Part shown: piece by piece, positions 29,621 through 39,457 of the stretch | How positions within the stretch are numbered: the stretch's first letter is position 1 | Layout of the letters: each line of letters begins with the position of its first letter | Origin: an uncultured Gammaproteobacteria bacterium | GTDB lineage: Bacteria; Patescibacteriota; Patescibacteriia; UBA9934; CAMTUG01 | NCBI GenBank assembly: GCA_964588955.1 | Contig: CAZPQJ010000001.1 | Location: forward strand, 10,155 to 74,154 | Reading direction: 5' to 3' | DNA: 64,000 nucleotides | Program-made: the position numbers and the translations under genes | The notes under the pieces: generated by a model | Told to the model about the DNA's origin: nothing | The model's input: the letters and a program-made list of their open reading frames with translations, nothing else | Database searches by the model: none

Positions 29621-31144
29621 CTAGCGAGCGTACTCGACAACCCGTGTTTCGCGGATCACCGTTACTTTGATTTCTCCAGGATACTGCAGTTCCGATTCGA
29701 TTTTTTGAGCGATATTTTTGGCCAGCTGGAAGGCGCCGTAATCGTCCATGGCGGTTGGTTCTACGAACACCCGAATCTCGCGTCCGGCTTGAATGGCGTA
29801 GGCTTTTTCTACCCCGGTGAATCCGGTTGCGGCCGCTTCCAATTCTTCCAAGCGTTGGATGTATTGTTCGATGGTGTTCTTACGCGCGCCAGGTCGAGCG
29901 CCGGAAATGGCGTCGGCGGCTTTCACGATCACGCCTTCAAGGGTGCGAGGTTTGTCTTCGTGATGGGCAATCGACTGGTAGCACAAGTCTTCCGGGAAGC
30001 CGAACTTTTTCAAAATGTTGTAGCCAATCTCTGGGTGCGCCCCTTGCATGTCGTGGTCAACAGCTTTGCCGATGTCATGGAAGAGTCCGCCTTTTTTACA
30101 TGCGGCCACGTCGGCGCCGAGCTCTTCGGCAATCATTCCAGCCACGGTGGCTACTTCAATCGAGTGCTGCAAGGCGTTCTGACCGTAACTGGTGCGGAAC
30201 TTCATGCGACCCAAAATGGAGGTCAGTTTGGGATCAATCGAAGAGACGGGAATACCAAGAGCATACAACGCTTCATCTCCCGCCTTTTTGATTTCCACGG
30301 CCAAATTTTTCTTGGCTTCGTTGACGGCTTCTTCAATACGCGCCGGATGGATACGTCCGTCAGCGATGAGGGATTCAAGTGTACGGCGGCAGACCTGGCG
30401 ACGAATGGGGGAGAAGCCGCTGATCATGATCGACCCTGGAGTGTCGTCGACAATAATCTCCGTGCCAGTCAAATGCTCCAGCGCTTTGATGTTGCGTCCT
30501 TCTTTTCCAATAATGCGTCCTTTGAGTTCGTCGTTAGGCAATTCCACCATTGTGGTTGTGGCATCCACCACCACCGAACCAGCCATACGCATTACCGCGA
30601 GCGAAAGTACGTCGCGAGCCTTGGTTTGCAATTCCTCTTCACTTACGTCGGCTAATTTGCGAATACGGGAGTTAAGCGCCTCTTGCGAGGTTTCTTCTAC
30701 CATCTTCATGAGCCGCGCTTCGGCTTCCGTTTTACTAAGTCCAGCCACTTCCTCTAATTTTTTCGATTGCTCAGCGCGCAAGGCATCAACTTTGGCGCGT
30801 ACTTCCTCCACTTGTTTGGTCTTCTCTTCCAGTTTGGTTTTTTTGTCTTCAAACTCCAACAACTTGCCATCAAACATGGCTTCGCGTTTTTCCAAACGTG
30901 ATTGCGTTTCGGTTAGTTCTTTTCGGCGATTTGCCTCTTCCTTTTTGGCCTCCTCAACAACCTGGATCGCTTTCTCTTTGGCTTCCAGCATCATCTCCTG
31001 CTGTTTGGTTTTGGCTTCAGCTAAGATTTTCTCCGCTTTGGTCTCGGCTCCGGCCATCTTTTTTTCGGCAGCCAGTTTGCGGAAGAAGTATCCGCCGCCG
31101 GCGCCTAACAAAAGACCCAGGAGCGCGAATGCAATAGTAGGCAT
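29621..31144 (-). CDS. rny: Ribonuclease Y
   Basis: N-terminal TM, coiled coil, KH (KGRIIGKEGRNI), HD (FHDIGK), ADAISGARPGAR. Confidence 0.97.
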   Translation of the reverse strand: MPTIAFALLGLLLGAGGGYFFRKLAAEKKMAGAETKAEKILAEAKTKQQEMMLEAKEKAIQVVEEAKKEEANRRKELTETQSRLEKREAMFDGKLLEFEDKKTKLEEKTKQVEEVRAKVDALRAEQSKKLEEVAGLSKTEAEARLMKMVEETSQEALNSRIRKLADVSEEELQTKARDVLSLAVMRMAGSVVVDATTTMVELPNDELKGRIIGKEGRNIKALEHLTGTEIIVDDTPGSIMISGFSPIRRQVCRRTLESLIADGRIHPARIEEAVNEAKKNLAVEIKKAGDEALYALGIPVSSIDPKLTSILGRMKFRTSYGQNALQHSIEVATVAGMIAEELGADVAACKKGGLFHDIGKAVDHDMQGAHPEIGYNILKKFGFPEDLCYQSIAHHEDKPRTLEGVIVKAADAISGARPGARKNTIEQYIQRLEELEAAATGFTGVEKAYAIQAGREIRVFVEPTAMDDYGAFQLAKNIAQKIESELQYPGEIKVTVIRETRVVEYAR

Positions 31145-31153
31145 ACGTTTACG

Positions 31154-31279
31154 CTCTTGGGTTCAACACGAACAACGGCGATGGCTTATCGCTTGCGGTA
31201 CACAGTCGTCAATTGTCCAAAAATCGAGGAAAAATTGATCATACAGCCACATCCGTCTTGTTCGTCTGAACCCTTCGAG
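31154..31279 (-). ncRNA. Candidate structured RNA or 5' leader of rny
   Basis: Long imperfect hairpin GGGTTCA.ACGAACAA..CGG / CCG.TTGTTCGT..TGAACCC with inner TCAATT/AATTGA; promoter TTGAAG-17-TAGAGT at 31335-31307. Confidence 0.45.
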
Positions 31280-31408
31280 AATCAAGTTAAGTAATTCGAT
31301 GGCCTGACTCTACCACACCTGTTTATTTTCTTCAAATCTGGCCTTTTTGGCTGGAATTAGCCTTGAATGATTGAAAAACGAAACTTTTTTGTTCTTTTTA
31401 AAGAGTAG

Positions 31409-32110
31409 TTAGAAAAACTTCGGACCGTCTTTTTGCAATGCTTCCAGCGTTTGCGCGTTTTCCACTTTGTAGGAGCCGATGGAGGTGCGACGGAGTTCAG
31501 AGACATAACCGCCGCAGCCGAGTTTGGCGCCGAGGTCGCGGGCGATGGCACGGATGTAGGTGCCGGAGGAGACGCTTAGGTGGACGTGGATTGAAAGAGG
31601 AAAAGTAGGAGAAAGAGAGAAAGATGGAGAAAGTAGGGTGAACGAATAAATTGTCACCGTGCGGGGTTTGGCTTCGACCACTTTACCTTCGCGGGCGAGT
31701 TCGTACATTTTTTTGCCTTTAATTTTGATGGCGGCGTATTGGGGAGGAATTTGTTGGATTTCGCCGACGAAGGAGCGCATGGCTTCTTCGATCGCAACCA
31801 CCCCTAACCCCTCCTTGGAAAGGAGGGGAGCGCCCGGGGTCGCAGTGATTACTCCCTCCGGATCATCCGTCGTCGAGGTTGCTCCAAGAACAAAAGTGGC
31901 TTCGTACTCTTTCGACAATCCAACAAACTCAAACAACCGCGTGGTCGCTTTGCCGCCGACGGCCACAATCAACAAGCCAGTGGCAAACGGGTCGAGCGTG
32001 CCCGCATGGCCAACACGGCGTTGCCCGGTTACGCGCCGCACGGCATCGACCACGTCATGCGAAGTCATGCCGGCGGGTTTGTCGATCAAGAGAAATCCGC
32101 TAGGTTCCAT
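31409..32110 (-). CDS. truB: tRNA pseudouridine(55) synthase TruB
   Basis: DKPAGMTSHDVV, GHAGTLDPFATG, PPQYAAIK, SSGTYIRA. Confidence 0.96.
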   Translation of the reverse strand: MEPSGFLLIDKPAGMTSHDVVDAVRRVTGQRRVGHAGTLDPFATGLLIVAVGGKATTRLFEFVGLSKEYEATFVLGATSTTDDPEGVITATPGAPLLSKEGLGVVAIEEAMRSFVGEIQQIPPQYAAIKIKGKKMYELAREGKVVEAKPRTVTIYSFTLLSPSFSLSPTFPLSIHVHLSVSSGTYIRAIARDLGAKLGCGGYVSELRRTSIGSYKVENAQTLEALQKDGPKFF

Positions 32111-32150
32111 AGTGGCATTCATGTTATCATAATCCTATCATCCTTTTTCT

Positions 32151-32624
32151 ATGCGCAAGATTCTTATTGCTCTGCGACACTTGGATCACTTCACCATCGT
32201 GGTGATGTTGGTCGCTATCGTCACGGTCATCTTTTTTGCCGTGCAGCCGTGGAAAAGGCTGACGTCGTTGCGCGACGAGCGTCGAGCGGAAGATGTTCGC
32301 GGCCTTTTGGCGAGTTTGGTGGAGTACCGTGCGACCCACAACGGGACACTTCCGGCGGCGATGGATACGGATCCTAACACCTATCAGCTCCTGGGCACGG
32401 AAACGTTCGGTTGCGAACAACGGTGTTCCGCGGCTGTTACCCTGAATGCCTGTGTGGATCTTTCTTCCGCGGTCGCTGAGACGGGTTTACAAAATGTGCC
32501 GACCGATCCCGTGGTCGGATCGGATTTTATGACCGGCTATGCGGTCAATGTAACAGTTGATGGCCGCCTGGCGGTGGTGGCTTGCGAAAACGAAAATGGT
32601 CAAAGCATCGAAGTGCGGGAATAA
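32151..32624 (+). CDS. Type IV pilin-like protein (degenerate cleavage motif)
   Basis: HFTIVVMLV..AVQP..RDERRAEDV..EY, Cys pairs, VPTDP; typical CPR pilin layout but lacks G/FTLIE. Confidence 0.6.
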   Translation: MRKILIALRHLDHFTIVVMLVAIVTVIFFAVQPWKRLTSLRDERRAEDVRGLLASLVEYRATHNGTLPAAMDTDPNTYQLLGTETFGCEQRCSAAVTLNACVDLSSAVAETGLQNVPTDPVVGSDFMTGYAVNVTVDGRLAVVACENENGQSIEVRE

Positions 32625-32670
32625 ACGTCCGCATTGACGAATCGCTCTTTGAAGACTACTATTGCGTGGC

Positions 32671-34695
32671 ATGAATATTTCTGAACTTGCCCGCAGATTG
32701 CGCGTCCCAACAGACGACTTACGAGCCAAATTGCCTGAGCTCGGTTTTAGCATTGGACGCCACGCCATTAAAATCAACGACCGTGAGGCCCAACGCATTA
32801 TGGAAGCCTGGGCAGACTATCAGCGCCGGGCACGTTTGACTGCCAAGCGCGACGAGCAGATGGCGCGGGTGGAAGCGCAGCGCAGCGGGGAGAAGCCGGT
32901 GTTGGAAAAGAAGGTCACCTTGCCGGCAGTAATTTCCGTGCGCGATTTTGCTGCCAAATTGGATTTGCCAATTGCCAAAGTGATGCAGGAGTTGTTGCGT
33001 AACGGCATTTTGGCTTCGCTTAATGAACGCATCGATTACGACACTGCGGCCATTGTTTCGGAAGATTTGGGTTACGAAGCGTTGAAGGAAGACGCCTCCA
33101 TCGACACTGAAGCCGATGACGCGGGTAGTAAGCGCCTGGAAGACATGTTGCAAGGCGAAGAAAAGTCGCTCTTGGTTTCTCGTCCGCCGGTAATTGTGGT
33201 GATGGGTCACGTTGACCACGGAAAAACCAAATTGCTCGACGCCATTCGTTCGGCCAACGTGATGGATACCGAAGCCGGTGGCATCACGCAGCATATTGGT
33301 GCGTACCAGGTGGTGCGTAAAGATAAGTTGATTACCTTCATCGATACTCCGGGTCATGAAGCCTTCACGGTGATGCGATCACGTGGTGCCAAAGTCGCCG
33401 ACATTGCCATTTTGGTGGTGGCGGCGGACGACGGTGTGCAACCACAAACGAAAGAAGCGGTGGATATTATCAAAGCCGCTGGATTGCCGTATGTGGTGGC
33501 CATCAACAAAATTGATAAACCCGATGCCAACGTGGAGAAGGTCAAAGGACAGTTGGCAGAACTCAATTTGATTCCGGAAGAATGGGGTGGAAAAACGTTG
33601 ATTGTTCCGGTGTCTGCCAAGGCTGGCACGGGCATTGATGAATTGCTCGACATGTTGCTCTTGGTGAACGACATGGAAAAAGAAAAGATCGCCGCTAACC
33701 CCGACCGCCGTGCCGCCGGAACGATTATCGATTCGCATATCGACAAAGGTGCTGGTCCTGTGGCCACGATTTTGGTGCAATCGGGTACGTTGAAACTCGG
33801 CGACGTGATTGGCGTGCGTGGAGCCATGTATGGCCGCGTCCGTTTCATGAAAGATTGGCGCGGGGAGTCGGTGAACGAAGCGCCGCCGTCGATGCCAGTG
33901 GAAGTGTTGGGATTCAAAGCCGCTCCGGCCGTGGGAGATGTGCTAGAGGTGCCGGAAGACGTGAAGGCACTCGAAAAAATGAAAGACAAACCAATGCGTA
34001 CCGGCGTGGCTCAAACCGTAACCAGCCGTCCGACCGCTGCGGAAAACAAAGAGGGTAAACAATTCCTGAATGTGATGGTACGTGCCGACGTGCTTGGATC
34101 GTTGGAAGCCTTTTTGGGTATGTTGGAAAAGATTAAACATGAAGCGGTGGGAGTAGAAGTGGTGGCCAAAGGGCTTGGTAACATCACCGACGCTGATGTC
34201 TTGAAAGCGGAAGCGACGCATTCGGTGATGTACGCTTTCGGAGTGCGTCCATCGACGACCGCGGAAGAGCTTTCCCGCGACAAGAATGTGGAAATTGTCC
34301 AAAACGACATTATTTATAAATTGTTCGAAGACGTGTTGGTACGTTTGCAGAAAATGTTGCCAAGCGAAGAGATTCTCACAGAGATGGGAAAAATCGAAGT
34401 TTTGGCCGTCTTTAAGAAAACAGACAAAGGCGGTATTATTGGCGGGAAGGTGCTCGGCGACAAAGTGCGTGCTCCGGCCAAGATGCGTATTTTGCGCGCC
34501 GGTGGCGTGGTTGGCGAAGGGGAGATTATTCGCCTGCAGGCGGCCAAGCAAGCGGTGAAAGAAGTCTCTGGTGGGAGCGAATGCGGAGTCGAATTTACTG
34601 GACGCACCAAGATTGAAGTCGGGGACATTTTGGAAACGTACACGGAAGAGTCGAAGACGCGTATCTTGAAGATCGAAGGGGTCGACTTGCGCTAG
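32671..34695 (+). CDS. infB: Translation initiation factor IF-2
   Basis: RPPVIVVMGHVDHGKT, EAGGITQHIGAY, DTPGHEAF, NKID. Confidence 0.97.
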   Translation: MNISELARRLRVPTDDLRAKLPELGFSIGRHAIKINDREAQRIMEAWADYQRRARLTAKRDEQMARVEAQRSGEKPVLEKKVTLPAVISVRDFAAKLDLPIAKVMQELLRNGILASLNERIDYDTAAIVSEDLGYEALKEDASIDTEADDAGSKRLEDMLQGEEKSLLVSRPPVIVVMGHVDHGKTKLLDAIRSANVMDTEAGGITQHIGAYQVVRKDKLITFIDTPGHEAFTVMRSRGAKVADIAILVVAADDGVQPQTKEAVDIIKAAGLPYVVAINKIDKPDANVEKVKGQLAELNLIPEEWGGKTLIVPVSAKAGTGIDELLDMLLLVNDMEKEKIAANPDRRAAGTIIDSHIDKGAGPVATILVQSGTLKLGDVIGVRGAMYGRVRFMKDWRGESVNEAPPSMPVEVLGFKAAPAVGDVLEVPEDVKALEKMKDKPMRTGVAQTVTSRPTAAENKEGKQFLNVMVRADVLGSLEAFLGMLEKIKHEAVGVEVVAKGLGNITDADVLKAEATHSVMYAFGVRPSTTAEELSRDKNVEIVQNDIIYKLFEDVLVRLQKMLPSEEILTEMGKIEVLAVFKKTDKGGIIGGKVLGDKVRAPAKMRILRAGGVVGEGEIIRLQAAKQAVKEVSGGSECGVEFTGRTKIEVGDILETYTEESKTRILKIEGVDLR

Positions 34696-34774
34696 TGGCT
34701 GAGTGATTAGTGGCTCGTGGTTAGTAGCTTGTTGAAGCACTAACATCTAGCCACTAGCCACTCAATACTTTTCT

Positions 34775-35086
34775 ATGGATTTCACTCAAGACACGTTCGA
34801 TAGTCACGTTCTTCAATCCGCCACTCCCGTGATTGTGGATTTTTGGGCTCCTTGGTGCGGGCCGTGCAAAGTCATGTCACCAATTGTCGACGAGGTTGCT
34901 GGCGAGATGGGCGGCAAGCTCACTATCGGCAAAGTGAACGTCGACGAGAACTCCGGACTCGCGCAACGTTTCAATGTTTTGTCGATCCCTACGTTTATTG
35001 TGTTCAAGGGCGGACAAGTTGTTGATCAGTTTTCTGGTTCGATGAGTAAAGACGCATTTAAGGCGCGGGTGGAGAAACATCTTTAA
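34775..35086 (+). CDS. trxA: Thioredoxin
   Basis: VDFWAPWCGPCK. Confidence 0.96.
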   Translation: MDFTQDTFDSHVLQSATPVIVDFWAPWCGPCKVMSPIVDEVAGEMGGKLTIGKVNVDENSGLAQRFNVLSIPTFIVFKGGQVVDQFSGSMSKDAFKARVEKHL

Positions 35087-35233
35087 TAAAAAGACTAAAA
35101 ACTCATCTTGAAAAGACTAAACAAATTCTAAATGTCTAAAATCTAAACCGGTTTAAACCTTTTAGGATTTAGTGACTGCGAGTTTGTTTGGTTCTTAGAT
35201 TTTAAGATTTTAGTTTTTTTACGACAAGCAACT

Positions 35234-36163
35234 ATGTCTGAAAAACTCGTGATTATTGGTTCCGGTCCTGCTGGTTGGACAGCCGCCTTATATGCCGCGC
35301 GTGCCGAGCTTAAACCGGTGGTGATTGAAGGGCGAGAACCAGGCGGACAATTGATGGGCACCACGGACGTGGAAAATTTCCCGGGTTTTCCTAACGGTGT
35401 GTTAGGCCCTGAACTCATGGAGATCATGAAAAAACAAGCGGTGCGATTTGGTACGCATGTCGTGAGTGATTTTGTTGAGTCTGTGGACTTCTCGACGCGC
35501 CCCTTCAAGCTGAAAACAACGAGTAATGGAGAGTTCGAAGCAGAGTCCGTGATTATTGCCACGGGTGCCGCGGCCAAGTGGTTGAACGTGCCGGGCGAAG
35601 ACAAGCTCAAAGGGCACGGTGTTTCCGCCTGCGCCACCTGCGATGGATTTTTCTTTAAGGAGAAAGAGATCGCCGTAGTCGGTGGGGGAGACGCGGCCAT
35701 GGAGGAAGCCAACTTTTTGACTCGCTTTGCCAAGAAGGTACATGTCTTCGTGCGTAGCGATGTGTTGCGCGCATCGAAAATCATGCAGGAGCGAACGATG
35801 AAGAATCCCAAGATCGAATTTGTCTGGAATTCAGAAGTGAAAGAAGTGCTGGGAGAAGAAAAAGTGACCGGGCTCAAGGTCTTCAACAATAAAACCAACG
35901 AGACCCACGAAATGCCAATTGATGGATTATTCGTCGCCATTGGTCACGAGCCCAACACGGAAATTTTCAAAGGCAAGATTGAACTCGACGTCAAAAATTA
36001 CGTCGTTGTGCAATCTGGATCAACCAAAACGAATGTCGAAGGTGTCTTCGCTGCCGGCGACGTCGCTGATCATGTCTATCGTCAAGCTATTAGCGCTGCT
36101 GGCACCGGCTGCATGGCCGCCCTCGACGCGGAGAGATATTTATCCAGTAGGGACAATTCATGA
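35234..36163 (+). CDS. trxB: Thioredoxin-disulfide reductase
   Basis: GSGPAG, ENFPGF, CATCDG, GGGDAA, FAAGDV. Confidence 0.97.
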   Translation: MSEKLVIIGSGPAGWTAALYAARAELKPVVIEGREPGGQLMGTTDVENFPGFPNGVLGPELMEIMKKQAVRFGTHVVSDFVESVDFSTRPFKLKTTSNGEFEAESVIIATGAAAKWLNVPGEDKLKGHGVSACATCDGFFFKEKEIAVVGGGDAAMEEANFLTRFAKKVHVFVRSDVLRASKIMQERTMKNPKIEFVWNSEVKEVLGEEKVTGLKVFNNKTNETHEMPIDGLFVAIGHEPNTEIFKGKIELDVKNYVVVQSGSTKTNVEGVFAAGDVADHVYRQAISAAGTGCMAALDAERYLSSRDNS

Positions 36164-36262
36164 ACCTGCCTGCCGGTAGGCAAGTTGTCCAAGATTCTCT
36201 TGATGTAAATTGTTGACGCCCTGGTGGAGTTCCCACCAGGGCGTTCGGCTTGAGAAGAGGTC

Positions 36263-36541
36263 TCACACGGTGAGAGCCCAGTAGATCACGTCGTACCTCG
36301 GTGCGAGTGCCCCTTGGCTGTGCTGGCGAATGACGATCAGGACGTCCGGCGGGTGGGGTTCACTAGCCGGGGGAAGGAGTTCCCCCACGCACTTCGCGGT
36401 TCCCAGTTCGACCGCGATCCAGTCCTTGCGGCCGTATTTGAGCCAGACCTGGATCGTCGATCTGTCCGCTCGCGCGACGCCGATGGGGATGTAGCCGACG
36501 TCTCGGCGCCAGAGCCGAATCCGGCGCACGTCTTCATCCAT
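36263..36541 (-). CDS. Hypothetical protein (GC-rich orphan)
   Basis: 92 aa with C-ending codon bias; preferred over overlapping 36337-36690 frame. Confidence 0.45.
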   Translation of the reverse strand: MDEDVRRIRLWRRDVGYIPIGVARADRSTIQVWLKYGRKDWIAVELGTAKCVGELLPPASEPHPPDVLIVIRQHSQGALAPRYDVIYWALTV

Positions 36542-36767
36542 CGTGGGCTCAGGTAGCTGGAGTGACTTGGCGAAGCCGCGGCCCCCGAAGATCGTTTCGC
36601 CGACTTGCCGCAGGCCGTCGGGAAGTCGACGACGTATGTGTATAACACGTGTTCTTCTTCTGCGTCAATTGATCGCTTGTACTCGATCACATATTTGGAT
36701 TATGGTTTACGTGAGAACCCGCCCGGAGCAATGCTCGACAGGCGGGTTTTGGTGAGTGTAGAAGTGT

Positions 36768-37595
36768 TCATTCCGGTTTCTGAAGACAGTAGACTTCGGT
36801 TGTCCTACTCCGCCGAGGGTCAGCACGTTCGACTGTGGCCAGCTTGACGGGGTCACCCATTGCTTGAGCCTGAGTGATCATTGCATCGTACATTGCAACA
36901 TCAAAGAAGACATGATCTCCCAGATCCACAAATCCAATTTCTGCCGCAGGATTGTATTTGAACAAGCCCATGAGGATCATCATCCCGCCCGGACGCAGAC
37001 AGTCGGCGAAGGCGTGCAAATCGCGTGACGTTGCGTAGCCGTTAAGACAGAGAACCATGTCGACAGGATGACGGTCATTCCTTTTGAGTAGATCCAAAGC
37101 CTGTCGATGGCTCCCTACCGACATCCCCACATTGGCGCGGTTGAGCCGAAGCATGCGCGCTTGGGTAACTCCCATAGCTACCTGTGACACGTCGTAGGCG
37201 ATGAAGCCTGTCTTGTTAAATTCGCTGGCCAAGTATCCGAGGGGGAGTCCGGTGCCGCAGGCGGCATCGAGCACCAAGCGCGGATGGTGGTGGCGGATTT
37301 TAGCCGCGCAATAGGCGATGAATTCGGCCGTGCGACGGCGTGTCCTCGAGTGCGCATGCACGAGATCGTTTTTTGCTCCAACATGGTCGTAGATGGCCGC
37401 GAGGACTTTTTCAGGATTGGGCATGAGCGGTGCCAATGCAAGGAGCTCATGGGTTTCTCTGAACACCTCGGCCGGATCGCACGTATCCGTATTGAGGTTG
37501 CCGAATAGCCAGCGCCATTGGGCCATGATGTAGCGGGTGATTGCCGTCACTTCGTTGTGATTAAACAGAGGGGTTGTGTTCGACACGGTGTTCAC
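36768..37595 (-). CDS. Class I SAM-dependent methyltransferase
   Basis: VLDAACGTG motif I, YDVS, LRPGG. Confidence 0.8.
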   Translation of the reverse strand: MNTVSNTTPLFNHNEVTAITRYIMAQWRWLFGNLNTDTCDPAEVFRETHELLALAPLMPNPEKVLAAIYDHVGAKNDLVHAHSRTRRRTAEFIAYCAAKIRHHHPRLVLDAACGTGLPLGYLASEFNKTGFIAYDVSQVAMGVTQARMLRLNRANVGMSVGSHRQALDLLKRNDRHPVDMVLCLNGYATSRDLHAFADCLRPGGMMILMGLFKYNPAAEIGFVDLGDHVFFDVAMYDAMITQAQAMGDPVKLATVERADPRRSRTTEVYCLQKPE

Positions 37596-37662
37596 CAGGG
37601 TTGTTGCCGATCATGAGCGGTCGGCGTATCCTTACTAACACATCTTTTTAAGCCCATCAACT

Positions 37663-38874
37663 ATGCAAAATCCTTTCGATAACGCCCTCAACCAAATCAA
37701 CCGTGCTGCCGTCCTGTCCACCTTCGATCCAGACTTGCTAGAGTTGATGCGTCACCCCATGCGTCAGGTGAGGATTTCTATCCCCGTGCGTATGGATGAC
37801 GGTTCCCTCAAGGTCTTCGAAGGCTACCGTGTGCAACACAACAACTGGCGCGGACCGTTCAAGGGCGGCATTCGTTATCATCAAGACACCAACATCGATG
37901 AGGTTAAAGCTTTAGCATTGTGGATGGCGATTAAGTGCGCGGTGGCCAACATTCCCATGGGCGGTGGCAAAGGGGGAGTCACCGTTAATCCCAAAGAGTT
38001 GTCCGTGGGCGAGCTAGAACGGTTGACCCGTGGCTGGGCGCGGATGATGAAACCGGTGATTGGACCAGAAGTTGATGTGCCCGCACCAGACGTGAACACC
38101 ACGCCGCGAGAGATGGATTGGATTGCCGATGAGTTTGGGCATCCGGCGGTGGTGACAGGCAAAACTATTTCAGCAGGTGGATCAGAAGGTCGCGGTACGG
38201 CCACAGCGCAAGGCGGATTTTATGTGCTCGAAGCTCTGCGTGAACGACTGTTTTTGGATCCGGAAACAAGCACGGTGGCCATTCAAGGGTTCGGCAATGC
38301 TGGCCAGCATTTTGCCACGCTGTGTCATCGCCATGGCTACAAAGTGGTCGCGGTTTCTGATTCCTCCGGCGCTATTCATAGCGAGGCGGGACTCGACGTG
38401 CCATCGGTCATTGCTCACAAACACACAACCGACTCGGTACAAGGTTTTCCTGGAAGTCGCGATATCACGAACGATGAATTAATCGCCTTAGAAGTGGGCG
38501 TGTTGGTGCCAGCGGCGCTCGAGAATGTGATCACTGCGGAAAACGTCGCGGGAGTGAAAGCTAAGGTGGTGCTCGAGCTTGCTAACGGTCCAACGACTCC
38601 GGAAGCGGATGATGTATTGTTCGGCAAAGGCGTCACCGTAATCCCCGACGTGCTGGCGAACTCCGGCGGAGTCACGGTGAGCTACTTCGAGTGGGATCAG
38701 AATATGAAAAACGAGAAGTGGACGGAAGAAGAAGTTTTTGCCAAGTTGAAGCCCATGATGATGGAAGCAGCGGAAGGGATTTGGCACAAAAAAGAGTCCC
38801 TCAAAACCGACATGCGCCGCGCGGCTTTCGTGGTCGCGCTTGAGCGGATTCAATCAGCGATGCCGAAGATGTAA
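37663..38874 (+). CDS. Glu/Leu/Phe/Val dehydrogenase (glutamate dehydrogenase-like)
   Basis: GPFKGGIRYH, GGGKGG, DVPAPDVNT, QGFGNAG, ANGPTT, NSGGVTVSYFEW. Confidence 0.93.
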   Translation: MQNPFDNALNQINRAAVLSTFDPDLLELMRHPMRQVRISIPVRMDDGSLKVFEGYRVQHNNWRGPFKGGIRYHQDTNIDEVKALALWMAIKCAVANIPMGGGKGGVTVNPKELSVGELERLTRGWARMMKPVIGPEVDVPAPDVNTTPREMDWIADEFGHPAVVTGKTISAGGSEGRGTATAQGGFYVLEALRERLFLDPETSTVAIQGFGNAGQHFATLCHRHGYKVVAVSDSSGAIHSEAGLDVPSVIAHKHTTDSVQGFPGSRDITNDELIALEVGVLVPAALENVITAENVAGVKAKVVLELANGPTTPEADDVLFGKGVTVIPDVLANSGGVTVSYFEWDQNMKNEKWTEEEVFAKLKPMMMEAAEGIWHKKESLKTDMRRAAFVVALERIQSAMPKM

Positions 38875-38978
38875 GCGGTTATAAAAGTATAGGCGGGGCC
38901 ACTGTGCCCCGCTTTATGTATATTCGAAGACCGCACCTGGAGAGTGGGCCTTCGAGTTGAAGGCCGACCAGATGCGGT

Positions 38979-39248
38979 CTAGCTGGGGATGACGCAGTCT
39001 TCGTCGACTTCGCCATCGCAGTTGTTGTCGACCTCGTCGCAGTACTCGGTGGCGCCGGGGTAGACCGAGCGGTCGAGGTCGTCGCAGTCCTCTTCTTCAT
39101 CTTCATCGGCGGGCGGACGGTAGCATGCACCATCATCCACGATGTATCCGTCCCCATCTTCATCCGAGCAGATCGGTTCGCCCAGCCAGGCGACGCATCC
39201 GCTGAGGTTGGATACCGCGAACAGGAAAAAAATCAGAATCATGCACAT
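38979..39248 (-). CDS. Small exported protein with one MopE-like putative metal-binding repeat
   Basis: Signal/lipobox LSGC; DEDGDGY..DCDDLDRSVYPGATEYCDEVDNNCDGEVDED. Confidence 0.75.
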   Translation of the reverse strand: MCMILIFFLFAVSNLSGCVAWLGEPICSDEDGDGYIVDDGACYRPPADEDEEEDCDDLDRSVYPGATEYCDEVDNNCDGEVDEDCVIPS

Positions 39249-39457
39249 GTGCGTTCCTAGGTGGAGAGGAAATATAGCATAAAAACTCGGTTTTGTCAAC
39301 CCTCCTTGGCTAGTTTTAGCCCTATTTTACTGATTGCGATGCCTCAGGATTGTGGTAAACTTGTTTGGTTCCTGCCGGATCCGTTTTCCGTTTTTCCCTT
39401 TTCCGGTTAGTATTTGTTTGGAACTTGGTGCTTAGTATTTAGTCTTTTCGCCCCGCT

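Noticed and set aside
29591-31238. 354 aa and 348 aa plus-strand ORFs
   Set aside because: Antisense to rny; no recognisable motifs.
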